From the NCBI GenBank assembly GCA_053919585.1, contig CM132791.1: DNA of 64,000 nt; one strand, 5' to 3'. Under the pieces are notes generated by a model, which saw only the letters and a list, made by a program, of their open reading frames with translations, was not told the DNA's origin and searched no databases. The translations under genes and the position numbers were made by a program. The stretch is from Euprymna scolopes (Eukaryota). Of this stretch, positions 27,001-42,000 are shown in pieces (within the stretch, counting starts at the first letter, position 1; each line of letters opens with the position of its first letter).

Positions 27001-30000
27001 GGTAAGTGCCTCTTTCTCCGAAGTATAATATTCGGTCATTCACTTGTTTTGGCAAAAGTGGTCGAAGACCTGCCTAATTTTCCTCGCGAATATTTACTCT
27101 GCCGGCGACATATTAGATGAAGCGCTTTCATTTGGCGTATTTCGGATACTTTTCTGAACTTTTCCCTGTTCCCCTACCTTACTATTATTTTTGCGTATCT
27201 GGAAAAATTAATTAATCCCCAGGTAAGTGCCTCTTTCTCCGAAGTATAATATTCGGTCATTCACTTGTTTTGGCAAAAGTGGTCGAAGACCTGCCTAATT
27301 TTCCTCGCGAATATTTACTCTGCCGGCGACATATTAGATGAAGCGCTTTCATTTGGCGTATTTCGGATACTTTTCTGAACTTTTCCGTGTTCCCCTACCT
27401 TACTATTATTTTTGCGTATCTGGAAAAATTAATTCATCCCCAGGTAAGTGCCTCTTTCTCCGAAGTATAATATTCGGTCATTCACTGGTTTTGGCAAAAG
27501 TGGTCGAAGACCTGCCTAATTTTCCTCGCGAATATTTACTCTGCCGGCGACATATTAGATGAAGCGCTTTCATTTGGCGTATTTCGGATCCTTTTCTGAA
27601 CTTTTCCCTGTTCCCCTACCTTACTATTATTTTTGCGTATCTGGAAAAATTAATTCATCCCCAGGTAAGTGCCTCTTTCTCCGAAGTATAATATTCGGTC
27701 ATTCACTTGTTTTGGCAAAAGTGGTCGAAGACCTGCCTAATTTTCCTCGCGAATATTTACTCTGCCGGCGACATATTAGATGAAGCGCTTTCATTTGGCG
27801 TATTTCGGATACTTTTCTGAACTTTTCCCTGTTCCCCTACCTTACTATTATTTTTGCGTATCTGGAAAAAGTAATTCATCCCCAGGTAAGTGCCTCTTTC
27901 TCCGAAGTATAATATTCGGTCATTCACTTGTTTTGGCAAAAGTGGTCGAAGACCTGCCTAATTTTCCTCGCGAATATTTACTCTGCCGGCGACATATTAG
28001 ATGAAGCGCTTTCATTTGACGTATTTCGGATACTTTTCTGAACTTCTCCCTGTTCCCCTACCTTACTATTATTTTTGCGTATCTGGAAAAATTAATTCAT
28101 CCCCAGGTAAGTGCCTCTTTCTCCGAAGTATAATATTCGGTCATTCACTTGTTTTGGCAAAAGTGGTCGAAGACCTGCCTAATTTTCCTCGCGAATATTT
28201 ACTCTGCCGGCGACATATTAGATGAAGCGCTTTCATTTGGCGTATTTCGGATCCTTTTCTGAACTTTTCCCTGTTCCCCTACCTTACTATTATTTTTGCG
28301 TATCTGGAAAAATTAATTCATCCCCAGGTAAGTGCCTCTTTCTCCGAAGTATAATATTCGGTCATTCACTTGTTTTGGCAAAAGTGGTCGAAGACCTGCC
28401 TAATTTTCCTCGCGAATATTTACTCTGCCGGCGACATATTAGATGAAGCGCTTTCATTTGGCGTATTTCGGATACTTTTCTGAACTTTTCCCTGTTCCCC
28501 TACCTTACTATTATTTTTGCGTATCTGGAAAAATTAATTCATCCCCAGGTAAGTGCCTCTTTCTCCGAAGTATAATATTCGGTCATTCACTTGTTTTGGC
28601 AAAAGTGGTCGAAGACCTGCCTAATTTTCCTCGCGAATATTTACTCTGCCGGCGACATATTAGATGAAGCGCTTTCATTTGGCGTATTTTGGATACTTTT
28701 CTGAACTTTTCCCTGTTCCCCTACCTTACTATTATTTTTGCGTATCTGGAAAAATTAATTCATCCCCAGGTAAGTGCCTCTTTCTCCGAAGTATAATATT
28801 CGCTCATTCACTTGTTTTGGCAAAAGTGGTCGAAGACCTGCCTAATTTTCCTCGCGAATATTTACTCTGCCGGCGACATATTAGATGAAGCGCTTTCATT
28901 TGGCGTATTTCGGATACTTTTCTGAACTTTTCCCTGTTCCCCTACCTTACTATTATTTTTGCGTATCTGGAAAAATTAATTCATCCCCAGGTAAGTGCCT
29001 CTTTCTCCGAAGTATAATATTCGCTCATTCACTTGTTTTGGCAAAAGTGGTCGAAGACCTGCCTAATTTTCCTCGCGAATATTTACTCTGCCGGCGACAT
29101 ATTAGATGAAGCGCTTTCATTTGGCGTATTTCGGATCCTTTTCTGAACTTTTCCCTGTTCCCCTACCTTACTATTATTTTTGCGTATCTGGAAAAATTAA
29201 TTCATCCCCAGGTAAGTGCCTCTTTCTCCGAAGTATAATATTCGGTCATTCACTTGTTTTGGCAAAAGTGGTCGAAGACCTGCCTAATTTTCCTCGCGAA
29301 TATTTACTCTGCCGGCGACATATTAGATGAAGCGCTTTCATTTGGCGTATTTCGGATCCTTTTCTGAACTTCTCCCTGTTCCCCTACCTTACTATTATTT
29401 TTGCGTATCTGGAAAAATTAATTCATCCCCAGGTAAGTGCCTCTTTCTCCGAAGTATAATATTCGGTCATTCACTTGTTTTGGCAAAAGTGGTCGAAGAC
29501 CTGCCTAATTTTCCTCGCGAATATTTACTCTGCCGGCGACATATTAGATGAAGCGCTTTCATTTGGCGTATTTCGGATACTTTTCTGAACTTTTCCCTGT
29601 TCCCCTACCTTACTATTATTTTTGCGTATCTGGAAAAATTAATTCATCCCCAGGTAAGTGCCTCTTTCTCCGAAGTATAATATTCGGTCATTCACTTGTT
29701 TTGGCAAAAGTGGTCGAAGACCTGACTAATTTTCCTCGCGAATATTTACTCTGCCGGCGACATATTAGATGAAGCGCTTTCATTTGGCGTATTTCGGATA
29801 CTTTTCTGAACTTTTCCCTGTTCCCCTACCTTACTATTATTTTTGCGTATCTGGAAAAATTAATTCATCCCCAGGTAAGTGCCTCTTTCTCCGAAGTATA
29901 ATATTCGGTCATTCACTTGTTTTGGCAAAAGTGGTCGAAGACCTGCCTAATTTTCCTCGCGAATATTTACTCTGCCGGCGACATATTAGATGAAGCGCTT

Positions 30001-33000
30001 TCATTTGGCGTATTTCGGATACTTTTCTGAACTTTTCCCTGTTCCCCTACCTTACTATTATTTTTGCGTATCTGGAAAAATTAATTCATCCCCAGGTAAG
30101 TGCCTCTTTCTCCGAAGTATAATATTCGGTCATTCACTTGTTTTGGCAAAAGTGGTCGAAGACCTGCCTAATTTTCCTCGCGAATATTTACTCTGCCGGC
30201 GACATATTAGATGAAGCGCTTTCATTTGGCGTATTTCGGATACTTTTCTGAACTTTTCCCTGTTCCCCTACCTGACTATTATTTTTGCGTATCTGGAAAA
30301 ATTAATTCATCCCCAGGTAAGTGCCTCTTTCTCCGAAGTATAATATTCGCTCATTCACTTGTTTTGGCAAAAGTGGTCGAAGACCTGCCTAATTTTCCTC
30401 GCGAATATTTACTCTGCCGGCGACATATTAGATGAAGCGCTTTCATTTGGCGTATTTCGGATCCTTTTCTGAACTTTTCCCTGTTCCCCTACCTTACTAT
30501 TATTTTTGCGTATCTGGAAAAATTAATTCATCCCCAGGTAAGTGCCTCTTTCTCCGAAGTATAATATTCGGTCATTCACTTGTTTTGGCAAAAGTGGTCG
30601 AAGACCTGCCTAATTTTCCTCGCGAATATTTACTCTGCCGGCGACATATTAGATGAAGCGCTTTCATTTGGCGTATTTCGGATACTTTTCTGAACTTTTC
30701 CCTGTTCCCCTACCTTACTATTATTTTTGCGTATCTGGAAAAATTAATTCATCCCCAGGTAAGTGCCTCTTTCTCCGAAGTATAATATTCGGTCATTCAC
30801 TTGTTTTGGCAAAAGTGGTCGAAGACCTGACTAATTTTCCTCGCGAATATTTACTCTGCCGGCGACATATTAGATGAAGCGCTTTCATTTGGCGTATTTC
30901 GGATACTTTTCTGAACTTTTCCCTGTTCCCCTACCTTACTATTATTTTTGCGTATCTGGAAAAATTAATTCATCCCCAGGTAAGTGCCTCTTTCTCCGAA
31001 GTATAATATTCGGTCATTCACTTGTTTTGGCAAAAGTGGTCGAAGACCTGCCTAATTTTCCTCGCGAATATTTACTCTGCCGGCGACATATTAGATGAAG
31101 CGCTTTCATTTGGCGTATTTCGGATACTTTTCTGAACTTTTCCCTGTTCCCCTACCTTACTATTATTTTTGCGTATCTGGAAAAATTAATTCATCCCCAG
31201 GTAAGTGCCTCTTTCTCCGAAGTATAATATTCGGTCATTCACTTGTTTTGGCAAAAGTGGTCGAAGACCTGCCTAATTTTCCTCGCGAATATTTACTCTG
31301 CCGGCGACATATTAGATGAAGCGCTTTCATTTGGCGTATTTCGGATACTTTTCTGAACTTTTCCCTGTTCCCCTACCTTACTATTATTTTTGCGTATCTG
31401 GAAAAATTAATTCATCCCCAGGTAAGTGCCTCTTTCTCCGAAGTATAATATTCGCTCATTCACTTGTTTTGGCAAAAGTGGTCGAAGACCTGCCTAATTT
31501 TCCTCGCGAATATTTACTCTGCCGGCGACATATTAGATGAAGCGCTTTCATTTGGCGTATTTCGGATCCTTTTCTGAACTTTTCCCTGTTCCCCTACCTT
31601 ACTATTATTTTTGCGTATCTGGAAAAATTAATTCATCCCCAGGTAAGTGCCTCTTTCTCCGAAGTATAATATTCGGTCATTCACTTGTTTTGGCAAAAGT
31701 GGTCGAAGACCTGCCTAATTTTCCTCGCGAATATTTACTCTGCCGGCGACATATTAGATGAAGCGCTTTCATTTGGCGTATTTCGGATCCTTTTCTGAAC
31801 TTTTCCCTGTTCCCCTACCTTACTATTATTTTTGCGTATCTGGAAAAATTAATTCATCCCCAGGTAAGTGCCTCTTTCTCCGAAGTATAATATTCGGTCA
31901 TTCACTTGTTTTGGCAAAAGTGGTCGAAGACCTGCCTAATTTTCCTCGCGAATATTTACTCTGCCGGCGACATATTAGATGAAGCGCTTTCATTTGGCGT
32001 ATTTCGGATCCTTTTCTGAACTTTTCCCTGTTCCCCTACCTTACTATTATTTTTGCGTATCTGGAAAAATTAATTCATCCCCAGGTAAGTGCCTCTTTCT
32101 CCGAAGTATAATATTCGGTCATTCACTTGTTTTGGCAAAAGTGGTCGAAGACCTGCCTAATTTTCCTCGCGAATATTTACTCTGCCGGCGACATATTAGA
32201 TGAAGCGCTTTCATTTGGCGTATTTCGAGTCCTTTTCTGAACTTTTCCCTGTTCCCCTACCTTACTATTATTTTTGCGTATCTGGAAAAATTAATTCATC
32301 CCCAGGTAAGTGCCTCTTTCTCCGAAGTATAATATTCGGTCATTCACTTGTTTTGGCAAAAGTGGTCGAAGACCTGCCTAATTTTCCTCGCGAATATTTA
32401 CTCTGCCGGCGACATATTAGATGAAGCGCTTTCATTTGGCGTATTTCGGATACTTTTCTGAACTTTTCCCTGTTCCCCTACCTTACTATTATTTTTGCGT
32501 ATCTGGAAAAATTAATTCATCCCCAGGTAAGTGCCTCTTTCTCCGAAGTATAATATTCGGTCATTCACTTGTTTTGGCAAAAGTGGTCGAAGACCTGCCT
32601 AATTTTCCTCGCGAATATTTACTCTGCCGGCGACATATTAGATGAAGCGCTTTCATTTGGCGTATTTCGGATACTTTTCTGAACTTTTCCCTGTTCCCCT
32701 ACCTTACTATTATTTTTGCGTATCTGGAAAAATTAATTCATCCCCAGGTAAGTGCCTCTTTCTCCGAAGTATAATATTCGGTCATTCACTTGTTTTGGCA
32801 AAAGTGGTCGAAGACCTGCCTAATTTTCCTCGCGAATATTTACTCTGCCGGCGACATATTAGATGAAGCGCTTTCATTTGGCGTATTTCGGATCCTTTTC
32901 TGAACTTTTCCCTGTTCCCCTACCTTACTATTATTTTTGCGTATCTGGAAAAATTAATTCATCCCCAGGTAAGTGCCTCTTTCTCCGAAGTATAATATTC

Positions 33001-36000
33001 GGTCATTCACTTGTTTTGGCAAAAGTGGTCGAAGACCTGCCTAATTTTCCTCGCGAATATTTACTCTGCCGGCGACATATTAGATGAAGCGCTTTCATTT
33101 GGCGTATTTCGGATCCTTTTCTGAACTTTTCCCTGTTCCCCTACCTTACTATTATTTTTGCGTATCTGGAAAAATTAATTCATCCCCAGGTAAGTGCCTC
33201 TTTCTCCGAAGTATAATATTCGGTCATTCACTTGTTTTGGCAAAAGTGGTCGAAGACCTGCCTAATTTTCCTCGCGAATATTTACTCTGCCGGCGACATA
33301 TTAGATGAAGCGCTTTCATTTGGCGTATTTCGGATCCTTTTCTGAACTTTTCCCTGTTCCCCTACCTTACTATTATTTTTGCGTATCTGGAAAAATTAAT
33401 TCATCCCCAGGTAAGTGCCTCTTTCTCCGAAGTATAATATTCGGTCATTCACTTGTTTTGGCAAAAGTGGTCGAAGACCTGCCTAATTTTCCTCGCGAAT
33501 ATTTACTCTGCCGGCGACATATTAGATGAAGCGCTTTCATTTGGCGTATTTCGGATACTTTTCTGAACTTTTCCCTGTTCCCCTACCTTACTATTATTTT
33601 TGCGTATCTGGAAAAATTAATTCATCCCCAGGTAAGTGCCTCTTTCTCCGAAGTATAATATTCGGTCATTCACTTGTTTTGGCAAAAGTGGTCGAAGACC
33701 TGCCTAATTTTCCTCGCGAATATTTACTCTGCCGGCGACATATTAGATGAAGCGCTTTCATTTGGCGTATTTCGGATACTTTTCTGAACTTTTCCCTGTT
33801 CCCCTACCTTACTATTATTTTTGCGTATCTGGAAAAATTAATTCATCCCCAGGTAAGTGCCTCTTTCTCCGAAGTATAATATTCGCTCATTCACTTGTTT
33901 TGGAAAAAGTTTTCGAAGACCTGCCTAATTTTCCTCGCGAATATTTACTCTGCCGGCGACATATTAGATGAAGCGCTTTCATTTGGCGTATTTCGGATAC
34001 TTTTCTGAACTTTTCCCTGTTCCCCTACCTTACTATTATTTTTGCGTATCTGGAAAAATTAATTCATCCCCAGGTAAGTGCCTCTTTCTCCGAAGTATAA
34101 TATTCGGTCATTCACTTGTTTTGGCAAAAGTGGTCGAAGACCTGCCTAATTTTCCTCGCGAATATTTACTCTGCCGGCGACATATTAGATGAAGCGCTTT
34201 CATTTGGCGTATTTCGGATACTTTTCTGAACTTTTCCCTGTTCCCCTACCTTACTATTATTTTTGCGTATCTGGAAAAATTAATTCATCCCCAGGTAAGT
34301 GCCTCTTTCTCCGAAGTATAATATTCGGTCATTCACTTGTTTTGGAAAAAGTGGTCGAAGACCTGCCTAATTTTCCTCGCGAATATTTACTCTGCCGGCG
34401 ACATATTAGATGAAGCGCTTTCATTTGGCGTATTTCGGATACTTTTCTGAACTTTTCCCTGTTCCCCTACCTTACTATTATTTTTGCGTATCTGGAAAAA
34501 GTAATTCATCCCCAGGTAAGTGCCTCTTTCTCCGAAGTATAATATTCGGTCATTCACTTGTTTTGGCAAAAGTGGTCGAAGACCTGCCTAATTTTCCTCG
34601 CGAATATTTACTCTGCCGGCGACATATTAGATGAAGCGCTTTCATTTGGCGTATTTCGGATACTTTTCTGAACTTTTCCCTGTTCCCCTACCTTACTATT
34701 ATTTTTGCGTATCTGGAAAAATTAATTCATCCCCAGGTAAGTGCCTCTTTCTCCGAAGTATAATATTCGGTCATTCACTTGTTTTGGCAAAAGTGGTCGA
34801 AGACCTGCCTAATTTTCCTCGCGAATATTTACTCTGCCGGCGACATATTAGATGAAGCGCTTTCATTTGGCGTATTTCGGATCCTTTTCTGAACTTTTCC
34901 GTGTTCTCCTACCTTACTATTATTTTTGCGTATCTGGAAAAATTAATTCATCCCCAGGTAAGTGCCTCTTTCTCCGAAGTATAATATTCGGTCATTCACT
35001 TGTTTTGGCAAAAGTGGTCGAAGACCTGCCTAATTTTCCTCGCGAATATTTACTCTGCCGGCGACATATTAGATGAAGCGCTTTCATTTGACGTATTTCG
35101 GATACTTTTCTGAACTTTTCCCTGTTCCCCTACCTTACTATTATTTTTGCGTATCTGGAAAAATTAATTCATCCCCAGGTAAGTGCCTCTTTCTCCGAAG
35201 TATAATATTCGGTCATTCACTTGTTTTGGCAAAAGTGGTCGAAGACCTGCCTAATTTTCCTCGCGAATATTTACTCTGCCGGCGACATATTAGATGAAGC
35301 GCTTTCATTTGGCGTATTTCGGATACTTTTCTGAACTTTTCCCTGTTCCCCTACCTTACTATTATTTTTGCGTATCTGGAAAAATTAATTCATCCCCAGG
35401 TAAGTGCCTCTTTCTCCGAAGTATAATATTCGGTCATTCACTTGTTTTGGAAAAAGTGGTCGAAGACCTGCCTAATTTTCCTCGCGAATATTTACTCTGC
35501 CGGCGACATATTAGATGAAGCGCTTTCATTTGGCGTATTTCGGATCCTTTTCTGAACTTTTCCCTGTTCCCCTACCTTACTATTATTTTTGCGTATCTGG
35601 AAAAAGTAATTCATCCCCAGGTAAGTGCCTCTTTCTCCGAAGTATAATATTCGGTCATTCACTTGTTTTGGCAAAAGTGGTCGAAGACCTGCCTAATTTT
35701 CCTCGCGAATATTTACTCTGCCGGCGACATATTAGATGAAGCGCTTTCATTTGGCGTATTTCGGATACTTTTCTGAACTTTTCCCTGTTCCCCTACCTTA
35801 CTATTATTTTTGCGTATCTGGAAAAATTAATTCATCCCCAGGTAAGTGCCTCTTTCTCCGAAGTATAATATTCGGTCATTCACTTGTTTTGGCAAAAGTG
35901 GTCGAAGACCTGCCTAATTTTCCTCGCGAATATTTACTCTGCCGGCGACATATTAGATGAAGCGCTTTCATTTGGCGTATTTCGGATCCTTTTCTGAACT

Positions 36001-39000
36001 TTTCCCTGTTCCCCTACCTTACTATTATTTTTGCGTATCTGGAAAAATTAATTCATCCCCAGGTAAGTGCCTCTTTCTCCGAAGTATAATATTCGGTCAT
36101 TCACTTGTTTTGGCAAAAGTGGTCGAAGACCTGCCTAATTTTCCTCGCGAATATTTACTCTGCCGGCGACATATTAGATGAAGCGCTTTCATTTGACGTA
36201 TTTCGGATACTTTTCTGAACTTTTCCCTGTTCCCCTACCTTACTATTATTTTTGCGTATCTGGAAAAATTAATTCATCCCCAGGTAAGTGCCTCTTTCTC
36301 CGAAGTATAATATTCGGTCATTCACTTGTTTTGGCAAAAGTGGTCGAAGACCTGCCTAATTTTCCTCGCGAATATTTACTCTGCCGGCGACATATTAGAT
36401 GAAGCGCTTTCATTTGGCGTATTTCGGATCCTTTTCTGAACTTTTCCCTGTTCCCCTACCTTACTATTATTTTTGCGTATCTGGAAAAATTAATTCATCC
36501 CCAGGTAAGTGCCTCTTTCTCCGAAGTATAATATTCGGTCATTCACTTGTTTTGGCAAAAGTGGTCGAAGACCTGCCTAATTTTCCTCGCGAATATTTAC
36601 TCTGCCGGCGACATATTAGATGAAGCGCTTTCATTTGGCGTATTTCGGATACTTTTCTGAACTTTTCCCTGTTCCCCTACCTTACTATTATTTTTGCGTA
36701 TCTGGAAAAATTAATTCATCCCCAGGTAAGTGCCTCTTTCTCCGAAGTATAATATTCGGTCATTCACTTGTTTTGGCAAAAGTGGTCGAAGACCTGCCTA
36801 ATTTTCCTCGCGAATATTTACTCTGCCGGCGACATATTAGATGAAGCGCTTTCATTTGGCGTATTTCGGATCCTTTTCTGAACTTTTCCCTGTTCCCCTA
36901 CCTTACTATTATTTTTGCGTATCTGGAAAAATTAATTCATCCCCAGGTAAGTGCCTCTTTCTCCGAAGTATAATATTCGGTCATTCACTTGTTTTGGCAA
37001 AAGTGGTCGAAGACCTGCCTAATTTTCCTCGCGAATATTTACTCTGCCGGCGACATATTAGATGAAGCGCTTTCATTTGGCGTATTTCGGATACTTTTCT
37101 GAACTTTTCCCTGTTCCCCTACCTTACTATTATTTTTGCGTATCTGGAAAAATTAATTCATCCCCAGGTAAGTTCCTCTTTCTCCGAAGTATAATATTCG
37201 GTCATTCACTTGTTTTGGCAAAAGTGGTCGAAGACCTGCCTAATTTTCCTCGCGAATATTTTCTCTGCTTGCGACATATTAGATGAAGCGCTTTCATTTG
37301 GCGTATTTCGGATACTTTTCTGAACTTTTCCGTGTTCCCCTACCTTACTATTATTTTTGCGTATCTGGAAAAATTAATTCATCCCCAGGTAAGTGCCTCT
37401 TTCTCCGAAGTATAATATTCGGTCATTCACTTGTTTTGGCAAAAGTGGTCGAAGACCTGCCTAATTTTCCTCGCGAATATTTACTCTGCCGGCGACATAT
37501 TAGATAAAGCGCTTTCATTTGGCGTATTTCGGATCCTTTTCTGAACTTTTCCCTGTTCCCCTACCTTACTATTATTTTTGCGTATCTTGAAAAATTAATT
37601 CATCCCCAGGTAAGTTCCTCTTTCTCCGAAGTATAATATTCGGTCATTCACTTGTTTTGGCAAAAGTGGTCGAAGACCTGCCTAATTTTCCTCGCGAATA
37701 TTTACTCTGCCGGCGACATATTAGATGAAGCGCTTTCATTTGGCGTATTTCGGATACTTTTCTGAACTTTTCCCTGTTCCCCTACCTTACTATTATTTTT
37801 GCGTATCTGGAAAAATTAATTCATCCCCAGGTAAGTGCCTCTTTCTCCGAAGTATAATATTCGGTCATTCACTTGTTTTGGCAAAAGTGGTCGAAGACCT
37901 GCCTAATTTTCCTCGCGAATATTTACACTGCCGGCGACATATTAGATGAAGCGCTTTCATTTGGCGTATTTCGGATACTTTTCTGAACTTTTCCCTGTTC
38001 CCCTACCTTACTATTATTTTTGCGTATCTGGAAAAATTAATTCATCCCCAGGTAAGTGCCTCTTTCTCCGAAGTATAATATTCGGTCATTCACTTGTTTT
38101 TGAAAAAGTTGTCGAAGACCTGCCTAATTTTCCTCGCGAATATTTACTCTGCCGGCGACATATTAGATGAAGCGCTTTCATTTGGCGTATTTCGGATACT
38201 TTTCTGAACTTTTCCCTGTTCCCCTACCTTACTATTATTTTTGCGTATCTGGAAAAATTAATTCATCCCCAGGTAAGTGCCTATTTCTCCGAAGTATAAT
38301 ATTCGCTCATTCACTTGTTTTGGCAAAAGTGGTCGAAGACCTGCCTAATTTTCCTCGCGAATATTTACTCTGCCGGCGACATATTAGATGAAGCGCTTTC
38401 ATTTGGCGTATTTCGGATACTTTTCTGAACTTTTCCCTGTTCCCCTACCTTACTATTATTTTTGCGTATCTGGAAAAATTAATTCATCCCCAGGTAAGTG
38501 CCTCTTTCTCCGAAGTATAATATTCGGTCATTCACTTGTTTTGGCAAAAGTGGTCGAAGACCTGCCTAATTTTCCTCGCGAATATTTACTCTGCCGGCGA
38601 CATATTAGATGAAGCGCTTTCATTTGGCGTATTTCGGATACTTTTCTGAACTTTTCCCTGTTCCCCTACCTTACTATTATTTTTGCGTATCTGGAAAAAT
38701 TAATTCATCCCCAGGTAAGTGCCTCTTTCTCCGAAGTATAATATTCGGTCATTCACTTGTTTTGGCAAAAGTGGTCGAAGACCTGCCTAATTTTCCTCGC
38801 GAATATTTACTCTGCCGGCGACATATTAGATGAAGCGCTTTCATTTGGCGTATTTCGGATACTTTTCTGAACTTTTCCGTGTTCCCCTACCTTACTATTA
38901 TTTTTGCGTATCTGGAAAAATTAATTCATCCCCAGGTAAGTGCCTCTTTCTCCGAAGTATAATATTCGGTCATTCACTTGTTTTGGCAAAAGTGGTCGAA

Positions 39001-42000
39001 GACCTGCCTATATTTCCTCGCGAATATTTACTCTGCCGGCGACATATTAGATAAAGCGCTTTCATTTGGCGTATTTCGGATCCTTTTCTGAACTTTTCCC
39101 TGTTCCCCTACCTTACTATTATTTTTGCGTATCTGGAAAAATTAATTCATCCCCAGGTAAGTTCCTCTTTCTCCGAAGTATAATATTCGGTCATTCACTT
39201 GTTTTGGCAAAAGTGGTCGAAGACCTGCCTAATTTTCCTCGCGAATATTTACTCTGCCGGCGACATATTAGATGAAGCGCTTTCATTTGGCGTATTTCGG
39301 ATACTTTTCTGAACTTTTCCCTGTTCCCCTACCTTACTATTATTTTTGCGTATCTGGAAAAATTAATTCATCCCCAGGTAAGTGCCTCTTTCTCCGAAGT
39401 ATAATATTCGGTCATTCACTTGTTTTGGCAAAAGTGGTCGAAGACCTGCCTAATTTTCCTCGCGAATATTTACACTGCCGGCGACATATTAGATGAAGCG
39501 CTTTCATTTGGCGTATTTCGGATACTTTTCTGAACTTTTCCCTGTTCCCCTACCTTACTATTATTTTTGCGTATCTGGAAAAATTAATTCATCCCCAGGT
39601 AAGTGCCTCCTTCTCCGAAGTATAATATTCGGTCATTCACTTGTTTTGGAAAAAGTTGTCGAAGACCTGCCTAATTTGCCTCGCGAATATTTACTCTGCC
39701 GGCGACATATTAGATGAAGCGCTTTCATTTGGCGTATTTCGGATACTTTTCTGAACTTTTCCCTGTTCCCCTACCTTACTATTATTTTTGCGTATCTGGA
39801 AAAATTAATTCATCCCCAGGTAAGTGCCTCTTTCTCCGAAGTATAATATTCGCTCATTCACTTGTTTTGGCAAAAGTGGTCGAAGACCTGCCTACTTTTC
39901 CTCGCGAATATTTACTCTGCCGGCGACATATTAAATGAAGCGCTTTCATTTGGCGTATTTCGGATACTTTTCTGAACTTTTCCCTGTTCCCCTACCTTAC
40001 TATTATTTTTGCGTATCTGGAAAAATTAATTCATCCCCAGGTAAGTGCCTCTTTCTCCGAAGTATAATATTCGGTCATTCACTTGTTTTGGAAAAAGTGG
40101 TCGAAGACCTGCCTAATTTTCCTCGCGAATATTTACTCTGCCGGCGACATATTAGATGAAGCGCTTTCATTTGGCGTATTTCGGATACTTTTCTGAACTT
40201 TTCCCTGTTCCCCTACCTTACTATTATTTTTGCGTATCTGGAAAAATTAATTCATCCCCAGGTAAGTGCCTCTTTCTCCGAAGTATAATATTCGGTCATT
40301 CACTTGTTTTGGCAAAAGTGGTCGAAGACCTGCCTAATTTTCCTCGCGAATATTTACTCTGCCGGCGACATATTAGATGAAGCGCTTTCATTTGGCGTAT
40401 TTCGGATCCTTTTCTGAACTTTTCCCTGTTCCCCTACCTTACTATTATTTTTGCGTATCTGGAAAAATTAATTCATCCCCAGGTAAGTGCCTCTTTCTCC
40501 GAAGTATAATATTCGGTCATTCACTTGTTTTGGCAAAAGTGGTCGAAGACCTGCCTAATTTTCCTCGCGAATATTTACTCTGCCGGCGACATATTAGATG
40601 AAGCGCTTTCATTTGGCGTATTTCGGATCCTTTTCTGAACTTTTCCGTGTTCCCCTACCTTACTATTATTTTTGCGTATCTGGAAAAATTAATTCATCCC
40701 CAGGTAAGTGCCTCTTTCTCCGAAGTATAATATTCGGTCATTCACTTGTTTTGGCAAAAGTGGTCGAAGACCTGCCTAATTTTCCTCGCGAATATTTACT
40801 CTGCCGGCGACATATTAGATGAAGCGCTTTCATTTGACGTATTTCGGATACTTTTCTGAAATTTTCCGTGTTCCCCTACCTTACTATTATTTTTGCGTAT
40901 CTGGAAAAATTAATTCATCCCCAGGTAAGTGCCTCTTTCTCCGAAGTATAATATTCGGTCATTCACTTGTTTTGGCAAAAGTGGTCGAAGACCTGCCTAA
41001 TTTTCCTCGCGAATATTTACTCTGCCGGCGACATATTAGATGAAGCGCTTTCATTTGGCGTATTTCGGATCCTTTTCTGAACTTTTCCCTGTTCCCCTAC
41101 CTTACTATTATTTTTGCGTATCTGGAAAAATTAATTCATCCCCAGGTAAGTGCCTCTTTCTCCGAAGTATAATATTCGGTCATTCACTTGTTTTGGCAAA
41201 AGTGGTCGAAGACCTGCCTAATTTTCCTCGCGAATATTTACTCTGCCGGCGACATATTAGATGAAGCGCTTTCATTTGGCGTATTTCGGATACTTTTCTG
41301 AACTTTTCCCTGTTCCCCTACCTTACTATTATTTTTGCGTATCTGGAAAAATTAATTCATCCCCAGGTAAGTGCCTCTTTCTCCGAAGTATAATATTCGC
41401 TCATTCACTTGTTTTGGCAAAAGTGGTCGAAGACCTGCCTAATTTTCCTCGCGAATATTTACTCTGCCGGCGACATATTAGATGAAGCGCTTTCATTTGG
41501 CGTATTTCGGATACTTTTCTGAACTTTTCCCTGTTCCCCTACCTTACTATTATTTTTGCGTATCTGGAAAAATTAATTCATCCCCAGGTAAGTGCCTCTT
41601 TCTCCGAAGTATAATATTCGGTCATTCACTTGTTTTGGCAAAAGTGGTCGAAGACCTGCCTAATTTTCCTCGCGAATATTTACTCTGCCGGCGACATATT
41701 AGATGAAGCGCTTTCATTTGGCGTATTTCGGATCCTTTTCTGAACTTTTCCCTGTTCCCTTACCTTACTATTATTTTTGCGTATCTGGAAAAATTAATTC
41801 ATCCCCAGGTAAGTGCCTCTTTCTCCGAAGTATAATATTCGGTCATTCACTTGTTTTGGCAAAAGTGGTCGAAGACCTGCCTAATTTTCCTCGCGAATAT
41901 TTACTCTGCCGGCGACATATTAGATGAAGCGCTTTCATTTGGCGTATTTCGGATCCTTTTCTGAACTTTTCCCTGTTCCCCTACCTTACTATAATTTTTG

